Positions 8,116 to 10,879 of a stretch of 10,879 bases of DNA are shown here, piece by piece. Where the stretch lies: contig NW_021827165.1 of NCBI RefSeq assembly GCF_006345805.1, positions 1 through 10,879 on the forward strand. Direction: 5' to 3'. The translations under genes were made by a program, and so were the position numbers. This DNA is from Octopus sinensis. Its lineage: Eukaryota. The notes under the pieces were generated by a model. That model did not search any database. It saw only the letters and a program-made list of their open reading frames with translations, and had not been told where the DNA came from. The stretch's first letter is position 1. The number at the start of each line of letters is the position of its first letter.

Positions 8116-8347
8116 TATTTCTTTACTACCCACAAGAGGCTAAACACAGAAGAGACAAACAAGGACGGACAGACGGATTAAGTCGATTATATCGACCCCA
8201 GTACGTTACTGGTACTTAATTTACTGACCCCGAAAGGATGAAAGGGGAAGTCAACCTCGGCGGAATTTGAACTCAGAACGTAACGGCAGACGAAATACCC
8301 ACCAAACTTTTCGCCCGCCGTGCTAACGTTTCTGCCAGCTCGCCTCC
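8116..8347 (-). mobile_element. tRNA-derived SINE, full-length first unit of a tandem pair
   Basis: Minus strand: GGAGGCGAGCTGGCAGAAACGTTAGCACG (A-box region), GAGTTCAAATTCC (B box), central domain CCTTTCATCCTTTCGGGGTC...AAGTACCAG, pyrimidine-rich tail CCGTCTGTCCGTCCTTGTTTGTCTC...GTGGGTAGTAAAGAAATA. Confidence 0.92.
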
Positions 8348-8454
8348 TTATATATATATATATATGTGCGTGTGTGCATGCGCGTGCGTGCGAGTACGTG
8401 CCTTTGCGATAATGCGTGCGTGTGCGTATGTGTATAAATTTTTACGTCGCAGTA

Positions 8455-8597
8455 ACCAAGCTCTTCGGCAAAAGAGTCTGATAGAATAATTACCAGTCTT
8501 AGCAAACAGTGTGCACTGGGTTTGATCCATTGGACTAGAAATTCTACAAAGCAGTGCTCCAGCATGGCCGCTGTCTGATAATTGAAACATGACAAAA
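8455..8597 (+). mobile_element. Decayed SINE 3' fragment with a distinct tail
   Basis: GATAGAATAATTACCAG...CACTGGGTTTGATCCATTGGACTA resembles the central domain of the other SINEs. It is followed by GCAGTGCTCCAGCATGGCCGCTGTC...GAAACA, which I recall as a cephalopod SINE tail. Confidence 0.6.
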
Positions 8598-10119
8598 TAT
8601 ATACGGGGCTAACGATAAGACTGTCTAAGGCACAGAACGTCATTGTTATCACACTTTCATCCCAGTCATCCATATTTTAGTAATCTTTCTACGCAGATGT
8701 CACCAACGTCCAAGATGTCTTGTAACCGTGGTGTTGCAAAATTAAATCAGATCTTATGTATTTTCATATTTGTTTGTAAACGATATTAAAATTTTATCAA
8801 CTGTGTATACAAATAGACACGAGACATATGACAGGTGGTGTGATATTTAATTTTTTAATTATAAATCTTGTTAATTTCCTGTTGCCATCAACATTTATGA
8901 ATGCGTCACGAAAGGAAGAAAACGTTTAAAGTGTTAGGTGATGTGTAAAAAATAAAAGTTTGAAACTCGGCGTATAATGTAGTACATTCCAGCTGTGACC
9001 ATCCCACCTTTTTTGGCCAGTATTTAAATATTTTTGTACTACTCAACAACTCACTTTTCAATCAGATGTATCTGTGTTCGATCCAGTTACACATACCGTA
9101 AGCCAAGAATCTTTAACAATTTTCATATGTAAAACTTTGAAACATACCACTCTTAACATACCTAGAATTTAGGTATCGTTTAGGAGCCAGTAATGCGTTA
9201 TATATGCAAATCAGAATATCCCCTATTCTTAAATCTTTAATAACATTCGGTTTATAAGTAATATCCAAAAGGATGATTAAAAGGAATGTATATTCATTGA
9301 GGAAATCCTAACAGAGACAGAAACCCGTCTGCCTGAGAACATTCATTTGGTTTTCTCCGGATACAACTGGTTGTTGCTTACAGTGATGGATAAAATCATT
9401 ATAGAAATTTACTGAAGTCCAGCAAAATGGCATTATAATATAACAATGTTAAAGCACAAATAATTTATTAATAGGACCACACCATTTAAGATGTCTTTGT
9501 AATTCCTTAAGAGCGCTAAGTGCTATTTGAAGGAGATTTAGCTGCTATATATAGCAGGTGGAGTGGCCATAATGAAGATTTCTCGTCGTCGCATTATCAG
9601 AACTTGGTTTATTCCATTGTGTGTTGGAGATCGAAAAATTGTTTTGAATGCCTTGCTATTAAAAATAAACCAAAAAAAGAAAAAGCAAGGAAAAGTAGGA
9701 AAAAAAAAAGATAAAAACCTGTTAAATGTTAAAAATCACTAAAGCTCTTTAAAAATCAATGGGTGTATAATAATTTACTTCGTGCTTCCTTAAAAATCTT
9801 GAGCCGTGCCTGAAAGGCAGAAATCGATATACAGCAAATTTGGTAATGGAGAAGATAGCATTTCCCTAGGATATTTTATATACAAAAACATTGGATAAAT
9901 TGCAGTGTATATTATGTCTTATGCGATAAAGCATGCAATCAATATCGTATTTCGTTACACGGATGCTGAAAATGACATTCAAAACAAAACGTGAAAATAT
10001 ACAAATGCATATATATTTCTATGCTAAAGCGTGCATACAAACACGATCACATGGACGCCAAACTTTTATATACGCAGAAAGATGTGTGTGCGCGCGTATA
10101 ATTTTAAACATACAGACAA

Positions 10120-10247
10120 GCAGAGATGCATATGTATACACCCACATATGTACAAAGGCTTACATATAAATGCATGCATAAGTATGTGTATATGTGCGCA
10201 TATATACATGCATACAGGCATATATATATATATATATATATATATTA

Positions 10248-10287
<40 letters not shown>

Positions 10288-10680
10288 ATATACGTGCATA
10301 TGCATGACTATATGTTTATGAGTGTTTATACATATACCTGGATATATATATATATGTGTGTATGAGTATATATATATATATGTATATATATATATTATAA
10401 TTCGTATAGGTGTATAAAACACATACAAGAGGAGACTGGCATTCACCCATGTATATGTACAGCATTTTTCTGGCTCTATGATATTCAGACTAAAAATATA
10501 TGTATACCCATGTGTATATATATGGGTATATGTGTATGAGTGTATGTACCTATACATGTATTAATACACACAATGATGTATCTATATCTATCATTATAGA
10601 TACATATACATGGATATGTATATATATATATATATATATACATATAGATATGTATATATATATATATACATATATATATG

Positions 10681-10721
<41 letters not shown>

Positions 10722-10826
10722 CTATTATATATATATATATAATATATTATAACTCGTATACGTGTGTATAGGTGCATAAACACCACACCAAGCAGAGACT
10801 GGAAATCACACATGTATATATATATA

Positions 10827-10875
<49 letters not shown>

Positions 10876-10879
10876 GCCA
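10120..10879. repeat. TA/TG/CATA microsatellite-rich region
   Basis: Read directly; source of the YI/CV-repeat ORFs at 10031-10813. Confidence 0.93.
10393..10819. repeat. Diverged direct repeat of a ~65-75-bp unit (10393-10456 and 10745-10819)
   Basis: TATTATAATTCGTATA-GGTGTATAAAACACATACAAGAGGAGACTGGCATTCACCCATGTATAT versus TATTATAACTCGTATA(cgtgtgtata)GGTGCATAAACACCACACCAAGCAGAGACTGGAAATCACACATGTATAT. Confidence 0.8.

Noticed and set aside
7895-8181. ORFs 7895-8086 and 7978-8181
   Set aside because: They are antisense readings of the tandem SINE.
8680-8730. Acceptor-like TCTTTCTACGCAG followed by ATGTCACC (possible exon); similar AG...CAG/GTAAC pair at ~4140-4197
   Set aside because: The first has only a weak donor and an early stop; the second has no recognisable peptide. 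Neither can be distinguished from chance.
9528-9620. GGAGATTTAGCTGCTATATATAGCAGG... resembling a repeat I vaguely recall from octopus DNA
   Set aside because: No second copy or diagnostic structure in the window, so I cannot support a call.
1-10879. Prokaryotic-type systems (CRISPR array, retron or other RT-linked defence, operon), or true tRNA/rRNA genes
   Set aside because: There are no regularly spaced repeat-spacer units or gene clusters. The RTs belong to eukaryotic retroelements, and the A/B boxes belong to SINE heads that do not form a tRNA cloverleaf.

Overview
Very AT-rich, microsatellite-dense eukaryotic non-coding DNA. The SINE sequences resemble those I recall from octopus genomes, so a coleoid cephalopod source is inferred but not verified. 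I find no intact host gene. Almost all long ORFs in the track are translations of simple repeats. The exception is 565-1472, part of a 5'-truncated, frameshifted Penelope-like retroelement (PLE) with an RT and a C-terminal GIY-YIG endonuclease (~655-2365, +). Immediately upstream, on the minus strand, is a minimal type I hammerhead ribozyme motif (552-588) of the kind found in PLE pseudo-LTRs. Other content: a decayed R4/Dong-like LINE RT fragment (~4274-4800), a heavily decayed probable RTE-clade RT (~6307-6830), and tRNA-derived SINEs of two families. The SINEs include a circularly permuted copy bounded by a 17-bp direct repeat (5004-5208), a 184-bp-period tandem pair (7934-8347), and copies sharing a head/core but carrying three different 3' tails. 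The window is a cluster of dead retroelements interleaved with microsatellites. I do not see a convincing new biological system; the ribozyme-PLE composite and the permuted SINE most deserve follow-up.
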